Under the pieces are notes generated by a model, which saw only the letters and a list, made by a program, of their open reading frames with translations, was not told the DNA's origin and ran no database searches. Shown here piece after piece: positions 38,306 to 48,913 of a stretch of DNA of 64,000 bases. Numbering within the stretch: the first letter of the stretch is position 1; every line of letters starts with the position of its first letter. The stretch comes from Chlorobiaceae bacterium (lineage in GTDB: Bacteria; Bacteroidota; Chlorobiia; Chlorobiales; Chlorobiaceae): positions 11,490 through 75,489 of the forward strand of contig JAAXXL010000002.1 of assembly GCA_013334485.1 (NCBI GenBank), read 5' to 3'. The position numbers and the translations under genes are program-made.

Positions 38306-39265
38306 TCAGGGACTCTCCTGATACACCTCAACCATGGCGAGTGATGCTGAGGAAAACCGGCGAATAACCAGGACGAACAGCAACAAGCTCCCTGCAACAG
38401 CAAACCACCACCAAAGGGTCTGAAAAACCGGCTGGGGAACAAACACTTTCAAAGGAAGTTCCCTTTCTGTAAAAAAGAGCATAAAAAGAGCAGCAAGATT
38501 ATTCGCCAAATGAGCAGCAAAAGGCACTATCAGGCTGCCGGATGCGCTATAGATATATCCAATATACCACCCCAAAAATGCAAGAGGAAGAAGATTCGCT
38601 GCACTCAGATGAAAGAGTGCAAAAATAAACCCGGTCAGTAAAACAGCCTTTGCCGGTGTTATTGATCTGGAATAGTTCTGCTGAATATATCCTCTGAAAA
38701 AGAGCTCTTCACATACCGCCGGAGTCAAGGAAAAAACAAAGACCACAAAAAAGAGCTCCGGTATCGAATGCACAACAGCAAGTGCCTTGATAAACGACTC
38801 CATCATGTCACGCTGGCTTACCACTGCTGAACCCGCAGCACCAAGAGCTGGCCACAAATAAAGATCCTGCAGGACTGTAATGGTATACAACGCTGGTTGC
38901 AGAAGCAAAATACCCGCAACGGCAAGAAAAATGTTACCTGACTGCGGGCGCAGCCCAACCCCTAAAAAAGCCAGACCGCTTCGGGAAAATGGATTTCTGC
39001 TGCCGGTATGCCAAGCGGCAAGCAGCAAAACCGGAATGGCAAGCACAAAAATCTGACCTGCCACCTGAATAAGACGAATGAGCGGAAGCATGGTGTCCAG
39101 CGAATGCAATAGGGAGGACGCATCAACACGCTCACCATTGACAAGCCAGAACAGAAGCTCACCGGCGAAGGAGTAGAGCATCATAAGAGAGCTCAAAACA
39201 AGCGTATTGGCCAGAAAAGAGGGGCGCCTGGCTTTGAAAAGGTCAGCGGAAAAGTACGGCTGCAT
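38306..39265 (-). CDS. CPBP (Abi/CAAX) family intramembrane glutamic endopeptidase
   Basis: PAVCEELFFRGYIQ, FALFH, HLANN motifs; multi-TM. Confidence 0.92.
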   Translation of the reverse strand: MQPYFSADLFKARRPSFLANTLVLSSLMMLYSFAGELLFWLVNGERVDASSLLHSLDTMLPLIRLIQVAGQIFVLAIPVLLLAAWHTGSRNPFSRSGLAFLGVGLRPQSGNIFLAVAGILLLQPALYTITVLQDLYLWPALGAAGSAVVSQRDMMESFIKALAVVHSIPELFFVVFVFSLTPAVCEELFFRGYIQQNYSRSITPAKAVLLTGFIFALFHLSAANLLPLAFLGWYIGYIYSASGSLIVPFAAHLANNLAALFMLFFTERELPLKVFVPQPVFQTLWWWFAVAGSLLLFVLVIRRFSSASLAMVEVYQESP

Positions 39266-39458
39266 TGATTATCGTTTACAATGAATCCCTAAGAATTTGA
39301 TTACTTTATCTGAACTGAACCCTGACATTACACGTCAGTCGTCAAATAGATATTGTCTAAAAAAGTAAAACTGATCCTGAATTGCACTGAACCACGGATA
39401 CCGGCTAATAAAAAAACCGAAGCCCATTTCATATGCAATCAACAATACGTCAACTCTG

Positions 39459-40529
39459 ATGAAAAAAAGTTCGTTCAGAATATTTTTGGCTCGCGCACTA
39501 CAACAAATCATCAATGAAAAAGATTCAAATCAACGGTTTACCGGCGAATTGAACTCGATCGTCATCCTTTCAGGAGAAAAAATTGGAGATTCAATCCTTC
39601 TTACTCCCTTGTTGCGTAATCTCCGCCATCATTTCCCAAAACTTGAAATCCACCTCCTCTGTATCACCCATACATCTGCCGAATTTTTCAAAAACGATCC
39701 TCATATAACGGCAATTCATGAGGTTAAAAAAAATATTCTGACCTACTGTATAAAAACACTGCCAAAAAAATTCGATCTGTTGTTCAACACAAAGGATGGT
39801 CTATCAACAAATTTCCTGCTGCAAACCGCCCTGCTCCGGGCTCGATTCAAAGTCGGGCACCAGCATCCTTATCATGAAAGAATATTCAGCCACTTGATCG
39901 CAGTTGACATGAATACCAAGATGGTAATGAAACACTGCTCACTGCTTCCCGTCTTATCCCTCACTGCAACAGGAGAAGAGACCCGGCCATATCTCCCTCC
40001 TGCACCAATTTCAGAGAAGATGGCATCGTTCATCGCATCCATTAAAGAGGGTCAGTTTATCGGGCTCAATATCAGTGCGGGAGGAGCAAGCAGATACTGG
40101 ACCGAACAAAAATGGTCGGATCTCATAACAACCTTTCATACCCATCAATTCATAATATTTGCATCTCCCGGTGACCGTGGGATAAAAGAGCGGCTTGAGC
40201 AAGCTCACAACAACGTCACTATCTCACCACCGACTGCAAACATATACGAAGTAGGAATGCTTGTAAATAAGTTACGGCTATTGATAAGTCCTGATACCTC
40301 TCTTGTGCACATTGCTTCATGCTACAAAACTCCTGTTATCGCACTCTTCCCTGACGCTCCTGTTGAATATGCACGATTTGGGCCCTACCTTACAGAGCAT
40401 GAACTGGTCATTTCTCCCAACATGCAGGTTTGTGACATCGAGGTTAAGGCTGTCGCAATTGCATTAAAAAAATTATTATCAACTATTGCTCAAAATCAAT
40501 CAGCAAAAACACTAAACCCTGCAAAATGA
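39459..40529 (+). CDS. Glycosyltransferase family 9 (heptosyltransferase-like)
   Basis: IGDSILLTP, LLISPDTSLVHIA. Confidence 0.88.
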   Translation: MKKSSFRIFLARALQQIINEKDSNQRFTGELNSIVILSGEKIGDSILLTPLLRNLRHHFPKLEIHLLCITHTSAEFFKNDPHITAIHEVKKNILTYCIKTLPKKFDLLFNTKDGLSTNFLLQTALLRARFKVGHQHPYHERIFSHLIAVDMNTKMVMKHCSLLPVLSLTATGEETRPYLPPAPISEKMASFIASIKEGQFIGLNISAGGASRYWTEQKWSDLITTFHTHQFIIFASPGDRGIKERLEQAHNNVTISPPTANIYEVGMLVNKLRLLISPDTSLVHIASCYKTPVIALFPDAPVEYARFGPYLTEHELVISPNMQVCDIEVKAVAIALKKLLSTIAQNQSAKTLNPAK

Positions 40530-41596
40530 AATCGGGAAAAAAGGAAAAAAAAACGTTCCGATACCGTTTTGCACAAACTCTCCAGGTCGCAGCGAAACGG
40601 CAATCGCGAGAGTACCGGCAGGATAAACCACCTGAAAGCATCGTAATTTTAGCCAAAGAGTGCTACGGTGACTGTATTATGCTTACTCCGCTTATCGGAT
40701 GCCTTCGGAAAAAGTATCCAGCGATTTCCATATACATTCTGACATTCAACAAAAAAATCTTCGACTTTTTCAGTGCCGACACAAACATTACGGCCGTCTA
40801 CAACACTAAAAAAAATCCGGTCAGATACTACAGGGAGATTCTTTCAAAGGAGTTTGATCTTCTTTTCAACCCCAAAGACCACCCGTCTACCAATTTTCTC
40901 ATCCAAACGGCACTTGTCCGGGCTCGACACAAAATAAGTCACTTCAATATCTATCATGAAGGACTTTACGATCAACTGATCAGGCTCGATTCAAGCACTC
41001 ATGAATCATCAAAAAATCTCTCTCTGATAAACCTTGTCGATGGGAGTTCAGAGGTGAGCGAGTACAAACCATATATCCCCGTTATGGATGTATCAGCCGA
41101 TATATCCCGTTTTCTGCAAACAGTTGATGCTGGCAGAAATATAGGCATCAATATCAGCACCGGCCACAGCGGCGGTCACCGGAGTGTCGAGCAATGGTCA
41201 GAGCTCATCAATCATTTCAAAAACGAAACCTTCATAATCTTCTCGTCCGCTCAGGATTTTGAAGAAAAAAAAGCGCTTGAACAACTGCATAAAAATGTTC
41301 AGCAATCACCTGCAACCCAAAACCTTTACGAGGTAGGAGAGATTGTAAAAAACCTGAAGCTTCTCATTACACCCGACACCTCACTGATCCATGTTGCCTC
41401 ATGCTTCGACACTCCTCTCGTCGGGCTCTATCGCCAAAATCCATCCGACAGCACCAATTTCGCGCCATTGAGCACTCAACAGGAGGTCATCGTCTCGACC
41501 ACCCATGATGTCATCGATATCAACAGCACTACAATAAACAACACTGTCGAAATGCTGCTCGAAAAACTGACACTGAACGACATCGTCCGACAATAA
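40526..41596 (+). CDS. Glycosyltransferase family 9 (heptosyltransferase-like), paralog of upstream gene
   Basis: YGDCIMLTP, LLITPDTSLIHVA; ATGA overlap. Confidence 0.88.
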   Translation: MKSGKKEKKTFRYRFAQTLQVAAKRQSREYRQDKPPESIVILAKECYGDCIMLTPLIGCLRKKYPAISIYILTFNKKIFDFFSADTNITAVYNTKKNPVRYYREILSKEFDLLFNPKDHPSTNFLIQTALVRARHKISHFNIYHEGLYDQLIRLDSSTHESSKNLSLINLVDGSSEVSEYKPYIPVMDVSADISRFLQTVDAGRNIGINISTGHSGGHRSVEQWSELINHFKNETFIIFSSAQDFEEKKALEQLHKNVQQSPATQNLYEVGEIVKNLKLLITPDTSLIHVASCFDTPLVGLYRQNPSDSTNFAPLSTQQEVIVSTTHDVIDINSTTINNTVEMLLEKLTLNDIVRQ

Positions 41597-41665
41597 AAAC
41601 CGACTCAAGGGCGCCGCCCAACACAGTAATCGGGTTTCGAAATAAATAAATAAATAGAGGTGCCC

Positions 41666-42607
41666 TCAAGAAAAAACATCTTCACCGCTTACTATCCGAT
41701 CGTACAGATTCAGATAATTTTTCGCACAAACAGCAGAGGAAAAATAGGTCATGGCCCAGTCGCGACAATGTGCAGGCGAGCAGGATAGCGCTTTTTCCAG
41801 TGCCTCAGGAAACATTTCGTCCTCTGTAAATAACGCTCCAACATCGGAATTGACAAGCTCCGGAACTGATCCGCGCGGTGTTGCAATGACCGGTGTTCCC
41901 GACAGTAATGATTCAATCACTACCAGTCCGAAAGGCTCATCCCAACTGATTGGAAAGAGCAGAGCTTTGGCATTTGCAAAGTATTGTGCTTTTTCATTTC
42001 CACCTGTTTTCCCGACAAATTCAGTTCGTGGATGAAAACTATCCAACAGACCACCGGCTTTAATCAGGTCGAATCGCGATCCTCCGGCAAAAACCATAGG
42101 TATTTTGTATTCTCTCGCGAGTTTTAATGCTCGAGCCGCACCTTTTTCAGCTCGTCTTATCAGTGATAAAAACAACAGATAGTCCTTTTTTTGCTCTCTG
42201 TAAATAAACTCATCAGGTTTGATTCCGTTGTATATGAATGTTTTTTTCTGATGTCGCACAGCATGATTGGCACTTATGCATACAGTATTTACAGGTAATT
42301 TTGAGAGGTCTGGTTCATTACCATGCAGGGTAAAAAGCCAGGGCAATGTAAAATCCGATACAGGTGGCCAGCCATGAAAATGGACGATATCCACATCTTT
42401 TGGAATTGCAAGTAATGCCTGTTCATGATTATTGGCAGGAATACAAGTTACACCTTGCATGTAACTCCCTTTTGGCGCCACCAATGTAACATGATGCCCA
42501 AGTCTTGCATACTCAAGAATGAGCCATTGAACAATGCGTTCAGTACCGCCATATTTATTTACCGGCAAACGCGTATTACATACCAGGCAAATCTTTATGG
42601 GTGACAT
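41666..42607 (-). CDS. Glycosyltransferase family 4
   Basis: YGGTERIV, WDEPFGLVVIESLLSGTPVI. Confidence 0.88.
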   Translation of the reverse strand: MSPIKICLVCNTRLPVNKYGGTERIVQWLILEYARLGHHVTLVAPKGSYMQGVTCIPANNHEQALLAIPKDVDIVHFHGWPPVSDFTLPWLFTLHGNEPDLSKLPVNTVCISANHAVRHQKKTFIYNGIKPDEFIYREQKKDYLLFLSLIRRAEKGAARALKLAREYKIPMVFAGGSRFDLIKAGGLLDSFHPRTEFVGKTGGNEKAQYFANAKALLFPISWDEPFGLVVIESLLSGTPVIATPRGSVPELVNSDVGALFTEDEMFPEALEKALSCSPAHCRDWAMTYFSSAVCAKNYLNLYDRIVSGEDVFS

Positions 42608-42665
42608 AGTGCAGTAGATTGGACAATGATGCTAAAAACGTACCGTTCCTCTGATAACAGCTTAC

Positions 42666-43640
42666 TCAATGATCTGCATAAAATTCATGTGATCCGAGCA
42701 AATTCGCCATAACCGCCGCTACCGCATCCGGTTTGATGTTTTCAAGACAGCGGTAGTGCTGGTAGCGGCATGTTCTCTGAAAACATGGGGCACATTGCTC
42801 CGGGAAGTTCATCGCCATGCTTCTTTTTCCGAGTGGACGGGTCCATACCGGGCTTGTGGAACCAAACAGGCCAATAACCGGAGTGCCTATATAGGCTGCA
42901 AGATGCATCAGCCCGGAGTCATTCGAGACAACGCCGCACGCACCTGACATGATCGCAGCAGCCTCGGTCAGTGAAGTCCTGCCGGTCAGGTCAGTCACCC
43001 TGCCTGGTGCCACGCGAACAATCTTCTGCGCGCTCTCCTGGTCATTGCGCGTTCCAAGTACAACAATATGGTATTGCTCCTGTAACCGTGCGAGTTCGGC
43101 AAAATGAGGCCATTGCTTGGCTGGTCCATATGCTGCTCCGGGGCAGTAGACAATTGAACCTTTATAGCTATCGTCAGGAAGAACCGGTGTGCCGGTCCAC
43201 GTTTCGGGAGAGCGAAATGGCGTATCAAGAATCCGGGCATATTCACTGGTAATATGCTGCGACTTGTTTCTCAAATCTCCGGGAAGAGGATCATTCAGGA
43301 GAAAGCGCCTCATTTCGCGTGATAATCCCCGTCTGACAGGCACCCCGCTCTTCAAAGCAAACCATGCTGAAGAAAACGAAAACGGCAGCAGGTAGATGGT
43401 GTGAAAATTCCCGCTTCGCACAGCCGTTACCGTACTTTTTCGCTCGTTCGTATCGTTCCGGGCAAACTCGATCAGGGGCAGATCGCACAACATCCTGACA
43501 AGTCCGCTCATCTGCTCCGGAACAAGAAGCGTTGTATTCGATCGGCGGGTTTCAGGCAGTCTGGTAACAATTGACAGAGCAAGAAGCATGTCTCCTATCC
43601 AGTTCGGCAAAAGGATAATGGAAGGGTTCATAACCGCCAT
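42666..43640 (-). CDS. waaF: Lipopolysaccharide heptosyltransferase II (GT9)
   Basis: PNWIGDM, CPGAAYGPAKQWP, LTGRTSL.EA, SNDSGLMHLAA, LFGSTSP; start revised to ATG 43640 (or 43631). Confidence 0.88.
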   Translation of the reverse strand: MAVMNPSIILLPNWIGDMLLALSIVTRLPETRRSNTTLLVPEQMSGLVRMLCDLPLIEFARNDTNERKSTVTAVRSGNFHTIYLLPFSFSSAWFALKSGVPVRRGLSREMRRFLLNDPLPGDLRNKSQHITSEYARILDTPFRSPETWTGTPVLPDDSYKGSIVYCPGAAYGPAKQWPHFAELARLQEQYHIVVLGTRNDQESAQKIVRVAPGRVTDLTGRTSLTEAAAIMSGACGVVSNDSGLMHLAAYIGTPVIGLFGSTSPVWTRPLGKRSMAMNFPEQCAPCFQRTCRYQHYRCLENIKPDAVAAVMANLLGSHEFYADH

Positions 43641-43752
43641 GAGTAGGATTGACTGGCAAAAAATACACCATTTGGCAAACAGATAATATAGCTCACAAGA
43701 TGAGTCCGTAGAGCATAAGTTCACAAATTTTCAACACAACAGTACCAGCCAC

Positions 43753-44619
43753 TCAAGGCTTTACCTCGATATAATGTTTTTTGCTCAGCTCCAGCCCGAA
43801 CCAGCGTTCAAAACGAGCCATGATGCGATGTTTTTTCTCCCGACGGGTCAGCTTGTGATTCGGATCAGGCTTAAAGAGCCCTTTCTCCTTCGGAAGCCAC
43901 CCCTGGATAATCTTTGGATGAGAACCGGTAAATTCACGAACTATTTTCGGATCAATCTCCCGGTAGTCGATTCGCTCATGATTTTTGCTCCAGTATTTCT
44001 GTATGTGCTCTGATTTGCGGTTCATCTCCGCCTCGCTCCTCACCCAGCCATAGTGATAAATCGATGCTCCGGAATGGGCAGCTCTCGGATACCGGGAGAC
44101 CTTGCTCCTCTCGGTAAGTACATGCCAGTAGAGTCCATCAGGTGCTGTAGACCTTACGGAGTTTCTGATAATCCGGGCTGCGCGGCGATACCAGCGGGGA
44201 GAATCAAGATAGGTATTCGCATTACCGTAAAAATGATAGTAGTCGAAGCTCAGCGCCTCGACCCGCTCATCATCCAGATGGGTACGACACGCATTGACAA
44301 TGGTATCAAGGTCATTTTCATGCACAATTTCATCGCCTTCGAGATAGAACGCCCAGTCACCGGTGCAATTGAACTGAGCAATCATCTTCTGCTGACCGTA
44401 GACATAGCCTGCAACCTTCATCTTGTCGTTCCAGTGCGACTGGATAATCCTGATTTTCGGATCATCAATCGCCCGGACTCTTTCGAGAGTGTCGTCATCA
44501 CTCAGGCCTACGTTGACGACAAACTCATCAACAATAGGCAGCACAGAACGAATCGATTCCTCAAAAGGAAAACCGAAGATTGTGCCATTTTTGATGAAAG
44601 TAAATGCACTGATTTTCAT
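43753..44619 (-). CDS. Glycosyltransferase family 2
   Basis: VVNVGLSDDDT, YLEGDE (DxD-like), IYHYGWVR. Confidence 0.82.
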   Translation of the reverse strand: MKISAFTFIKNGTIFGFPFEESIRSVLPIVDEFVVNVGLSDDDTLERVRAIDDPKIRIIQSHWNDKMKVAGYVYGQQKMIAQFNCTGDWAFYLEGDEIVHENDLDTIVNACRTHLDDERVEALSFDYYHFYGNANTYLDSPRWYRRAARIIRNSVRSTAPDGLYWHVLTERSKVSRYPRAAHSGASIYHYGWVRSEAEMNRKSEHIQKYWSKNHERIDYREIDPKIVREFTGSHPKIIQGWLPKEKGLFKPDPNHKLTRREKKHRIMARFERWFGLELSKKHYIEVKP

Positions 44620-44737
44620 AAGCTTTATAATTGTGCTCTGTAGTTATCGATACCATTCATACAATCGGGCAGTTTGATAAACAGACCATTCGAGTTCGAA
44701 ATGTAAATCAGCTAAGGTCATTACCATAACGGTTCCG

Positions 44738-45853
44738 CTATTGCTTGAGCAAAAGTTGCGAAGATGATATTGTCAGCCACCCCTCAATTTCCTCAGCAAT
44801 ACGATCAGAATCAATTTGGTAAAGGCATTCGCTGGCGCCATGATGATCATCGCAACCAGTTTTTCCGCATCCTGCACAAGGCATATCGGCCTGAAAGATC
44901 GTGACGTTGCCATAGGTCTGCACCGGACTGTTTAGCCTTGCACAAGCGTGAAGAGCATTGCTCCATGGCGACCATGTCGTGAGAATGGTAGGGCCGAAGA
45001 TGGCGAAAATTCGTTTATTCTGCGAAGCAGCAATATGCATGTTCAAGGTATCGGCGCCGATATAGGCAAGGGATCGGTCACTCAGCGCAATCAGCTCATC
45101 CATGCTTGTCCGGCCAATAAAATCATGCACATTTTCGAGTTGAGGCAGCGTCCGCTTAATCTCAAGATCAAGCGCACTCTTCGATCCGGTAACAACAATC
45201 GGTACACCGAGACGGTTCAGGCGTTCGAGCAAAGCATTTCTGGCTTTTTCGGGATAAACCTTGTAGTTGTATTGCGCTCCGGGATGAAAAACAAGAAATT
45301 CGGTAATACCAATCCCTATCAACATCTTCTCAACACGTTCGGCAGCTTCCGGCGAATGGTACGAAGTGATTGCAGGTTTAGCTGACCCTATCCCCAGAAG
45401 TCCGAGAGCAGCAGTGTTGTTCTCAATTATGTGCCTGGCCGTATCAAACTCATAGTAAAAAGAGAGAAAACGACGCTTCCACCAGGACCTCTTCCTGTCA
45501 TGCTCCACCGCACTGATAGATATATGTCCGGCGAGCAGGGCGAAGATGACGGAACGATCGCTTGTTGTGAGATTGATACTGAGATCGTAGCGTCGGGCAA
45601 TCTTTTTGATCAGCTCTGAAGTTTGGGCAAATCTCCCCTTTGCAGGGTCTGTGTAGGAAAACTGATGTATCTCATTGATATGCGGAAGCGTTTCTGCAAT
45701 GGCAAGCGTATCGCTGTTGACAAGCAGATCAATACTTGGGCCTCCATAAGCCAGAAAAAGCGCTTCGATCAATGGCGAACTCAAAAAGACATCGCCGTTT
45801 GAGCGCTGTACAATAACAAGGATACGATGGGGAGGGCCGTCAAGCATGGGCAT
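44738..45853 (-). CDS. Glycosyltransferase family 9 (RfaQ-like heptosyltransferase)
   Basis: GDVFLSSP, FIGRTS, YIGADTLNMHIAA, IFGPT. Confidence 0.87.
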   Translation of the reverse strand: MPMLDGPPHRILVIVQRSNGDVFLSSPLIEALFLAYGGPSIDLLVNSDTLAIAETLPHINEIHQFSYTDPAKGRFAQTSELIKKIARRYDLSINLTTSDRSVIFALLAGHISISAVEHDRKRSWWKRRFLSFYYEFDTARHIIENNTAALGLLGIGSAKPAITSYHSPEAAERVEKMLIGIGITEFLVFHPGAQYNYKVYPEKARNALLERLNRLGVPIVVTGSKSALDLEIKRTLPQLENVHDFIGRTSMDELIALSDRSLAYIGADTLNMHIAASQNKRIFAIFGPTILTTWSPWSNALHACARLNSPVQTYGNVTIFQADMPCAGCGKTGCDDHHGASECLYQIDSDRIAEEIEGWLTISSSQLLLKQ

Positions 45854-46252
45854 GATTCAAGTATGGCAATAAAGCCGACTGACCGGAACCGACTACAACT
45901 ACACTATTGAGCGGCGTAAGCTGCGAACTGCGTGCAAGGGTTTGAAAACCGCAAGGATCACTCGTGCCTTCAGGAATAATCGGAGCTTTTATATATCAAA
46001 TTCCTCGCGCAATAAAAAGAGTCTCTGCCTGATACACCAACATAGCGGACCAACAACTTCAAACCGTATCAGCAGAGTAATGATATAAACTGCAAGTCGT
46101 ATGCATTTCAGATTGAATCATGGACACCTCGGTCACCTTTACCGGCCTTTTGCAGAGTGACCTGCCAACACCGCTTGACCAGTTTGACAATCTTTTGTGG
46201 TTCAAGTGACGTGGAGATCACAACACTAAGCAAAAGAAATGAAATGCGGGAT

Positions 46253-47362
46253 CTATCGGCTTGAGCTACGTCCGTTTTTATCCGGAGATCCGCTTAACTG
46301 GACCAAATGACGCTCAAGGCTCTCAACCATTGCCGGCATGGTAAACTTTTCACATACCCGTTCATATCCAGATTTGCCAAACGCCTGAAGCTTGTCCGGA
46401 TGGTCAATGATTGACTCTATTGCTGCACCAAAAGCTTCAGGATCTTTTGACGGCACAATCATTCCGGTTTTCCCATCAACCATCAGCTCCCGAACGCCGT
46501 TAACGTTTGTGGCAACAACAGGTTTTTTCATGGCCATTGCTTCCATGATAACGTTCGGCATACCTTCAAAAAGAGAGCTCAGCACAAAGAGATCGCATCC
46601 TTTCAACAAAGGGTAGATATCGGCGTTAAAACCTGTAAACACAAACGACTCTTCAAGCCCTGCCTCGTTGACCTGTTTTTTTAATGCCGCATCCATCGCT
46701 CCCTCACCGGAGACGACAAAGACAAGGTCACTGCGCTTTTTATTCAGATTTGATGCGACATCAATGAGAAAAGTAAATCCTTTCTGCTCGGAAAGCCTGC
46801 CTGCGCTGTAGATGATTTTTTTACCCGGAAAACTCTTCGAAAAATCATAGGCCGCAACATCTTCGGGAATAGTTATCCCGTTATAGATCACCTTGACAAA
46901 ATCATCGTCGAACCAGCCATACCTGGCATAAGCATCTTTAATCGTATGACTGTTGGTAATGATGCCATCGACAAGTTGATTAAGGGTGATCTTGTATTTC
47001 AATTTGTTTGCGCAAAGCTGCATCCCATGGCGTGCAAGCACGGTTGTCTTTCCGTAAAGCCTGGCGGCCAGACCTGCAACCCGTACATCCTTGTTCAGAT
47101 TGCAGATGATGATATCAACAGCATGTCGTCTCAGGTAAAAAGCGATTTTCAGCGTATTCAGCGGACTAATATCACTATGAATGTCAAAAACCTCAGTCCT
47201 GACTCCTGCTGACACCGCGTACCTGAGCGTTTTTGAATTTTTTTTACTGCCAAGCACAACGTTATGCCCCTGTTGAGCAAGACCTTTGGCGGCATTGATC
47301 ATCCATTTCTCTCCGCCTCCGAATTTATCGCGCCCTATGGAATTGATAAATAAAATGTTCAT
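46253..47362 (-). CDS. Glycosyltransferase family 4
   Basis: FGGGEK, AGRLSEQKG, SSLFEGMPNVIMEAMA; start revised to ATG 47362 (MNILFINS). Confidence 0.9.
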   Translation of the reverse strand: MNILFINSIGRDKFGGGEKWMINAAKGLAQQGHNVVLGSKKNSKTLRYAVSAGVRTEVFDIHSDISPLNTLKIAFYLRRHAVDIIICNLNKDVRVAGLAARLYGKTTVLARHGMQLCANKLKYKITLNQLVDGIITNSHTIKDAYARYGWFDDDFVKVIYNGITIPEDVAAYDFSKSFPGKKIIYSAGRLSEQKGFTFLIDVASNLNKKRSDLVFVVSGEGAMDAALKKQVNEAGLEESFVFTGFNADIYPLLKGCDLFVLSSLFEGMPNVIMEAMAMKKPVVATNVNGVRELMVDGKTGMIVPSKDPEAFGAAIESIIDHPDKLQAFGKSGYERVCEKFTMPAMVESLERHLVQLSGSPDKNGRSSSR

Positions 47363-47526
47363 ATCCTCAGTACTGAATTCACTTACTGTGTATCGGGAAC
47401 CACTCCGTTTGCTTGAAACCTGCAGGATCAACTATCCGGAAGTGACGTTGATATCGGAACCGTGCCATACAGAACCGAATGCTGATTTTATTAAACCAAT
47501 GCAACAGGTTTCGTGCTGCACAGGAA

Positions 47527-48588
47527 TTACGATACAAGAACGCTGTTCCTGCATCCCTTTCTGTTCCGTTGGGCAGTGCTGAAATCGTGATGCAGCAGTT
47601 CAGCCATACGCGCCTGTACCTGTTGACGCTCAAAAGAGGCAAGATAGAGCTTGCGGCTCTCTTCACCCATTGAGTAACGGAGATCAGGCCTTGAAACAAG
47701 CCGTTCAAACGCAGCATGCCACTCTGCCGCAGATGATGCCAGATATCCGTTGACACCATGCTTGACCACAACCCGGTTTGCGCCTACACGTGAAGCAATC
47801 ACGGGCTTGCCATGCGACATATACTGCAAAAGCTTGAACGCACATTTACCCCTGCACCACTCATCATCGGCAAGTGGCATGATACCGATATCAACAGAGT
47901 GCAGCCATGAGGCTTCGCCCTCTTTCGACCAGGGGACAAAATCCCATCTGGTTTTCAGACCCTCAGGGGGTTTACCCGCCATCAAGGTAAACCTGATGGC
48001 GGGATACGACTGCTGCACAGAAAAGAGTACCTCATCAATCAGGGTGAGAAAAAAAAGGTTCTGGTTGTTGCCTATCCAACCAACACGCAATGGCTCTCCT
48101 GAACGATCTCCCGGTATAAACTTCTCAGGAACCTTGCTTAACGCGGTCGGAACCAGGAAAACCCCCTCATTTCGAAATCGACTTGCATAGTCCACAAGCG
48201 CTTCACTGCCGGCAAACACAAGAGATGCCCGTTTCAGCAGAATATTGAGCCTGCTGATGGATTGTTTGGAACCCGGCCGGGTCGGCTTCGGAGGACCCTC
48301 AAGATAGCTTTCCCTTGCATAAAGAGCATCATCATAATCATAGATAAGCGTTGAGCGCCGGGCAATGAGATCAACAAAAAATCCTGAAAGTGGTTTTTTC
48401 TGTAGCCAGACATAATCATAGTTCTTGCTTGCCAGTGCAAACTTAAACTTTTCAAAATAGCTGATTCCGGAAAGATTCACCGGATGCACCTCAATACCAT
48501 ACTCTTTCCAGTAGGGCAAAAACTGCTCTACCCGATAGCGGTAGCTTGCCTGATTCCCGGCAATATGCAGACAAAGAATCCTTATCAC
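47527..48588 (-). CDS. Glycosyltransferase family 4
   Basis: ASYRYR, YDYDDA, VGWIG, DIGIMPL, GKCAFKLLQYM..GKPVIAS.VG. Confidence 0.87.
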   Translation of the reverse strand: MIRILCLHIAGNQASYRYRVEQFLPYWKEYGIEVHPVNLSGISYFEKFKFALASKNYDYVWLQKKPLSGFFVDLIARRSTLIYDYDDALYARESYLEGPPKPTRPGSKQSISRLNILLKRASLVFAGSEALVDYASRFRNEGVFLVPTALSKVPEKFIPGDRSGEPLRVGWIGNNQNLFFLTLIDEVLFSVQQSYPAIRFTLMAGKPPEGLKTRWDFVPWSKEGEASWLHSVDIGIMPLADDEWCRGKCAFKLLQYMSHGKPVIASRVGANRVVVKHGVNGYLASSAAEWHAAFERLVSRPDLRYSMGEESRKLYLASFERQQVQARMAELLHHDFSTAQRNRKGCRNSVLVS

Positions 48589-48913
48589 TGCTGCTTGTTA
48601 TGTTGCTGTCTCTGCAAGAATTTAAAAATATCAGCCGACTGAGGATATAAAATCGAATCCTCCGGCCATTCATGTAAACTGATCACCATAGAGTCAGCCA
48701 TAATACAATGTACTTTTCTCCCTTTTCAAACAGAGGCATACACCCAATCCTGACCGGTACACAAAAGAACATTTGTATTGACTACTGAATCTTTACGAAA
48801 TTCAACAGTAATCACCTGATGGATCAAGATATATCAATAGTGAGAGAACCGTTCTGAAAAGATAACGCTGAATATCCCAACTCACTGCAGGAACTGAAAA
48901 TGAGCTGAGGTAA

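Noticed and set aside
45854-46252. 400-bp gap in the LPS cluster with a 41-codon minus ORF and a CTCTGC(C)TGATAC/GTATCAGCAGAG inverted repeat (46023-46077)
   Set aside because: The ORF has no recognisable similarity. The hairpin has a 30-nt loop and is at best a weak terminator.
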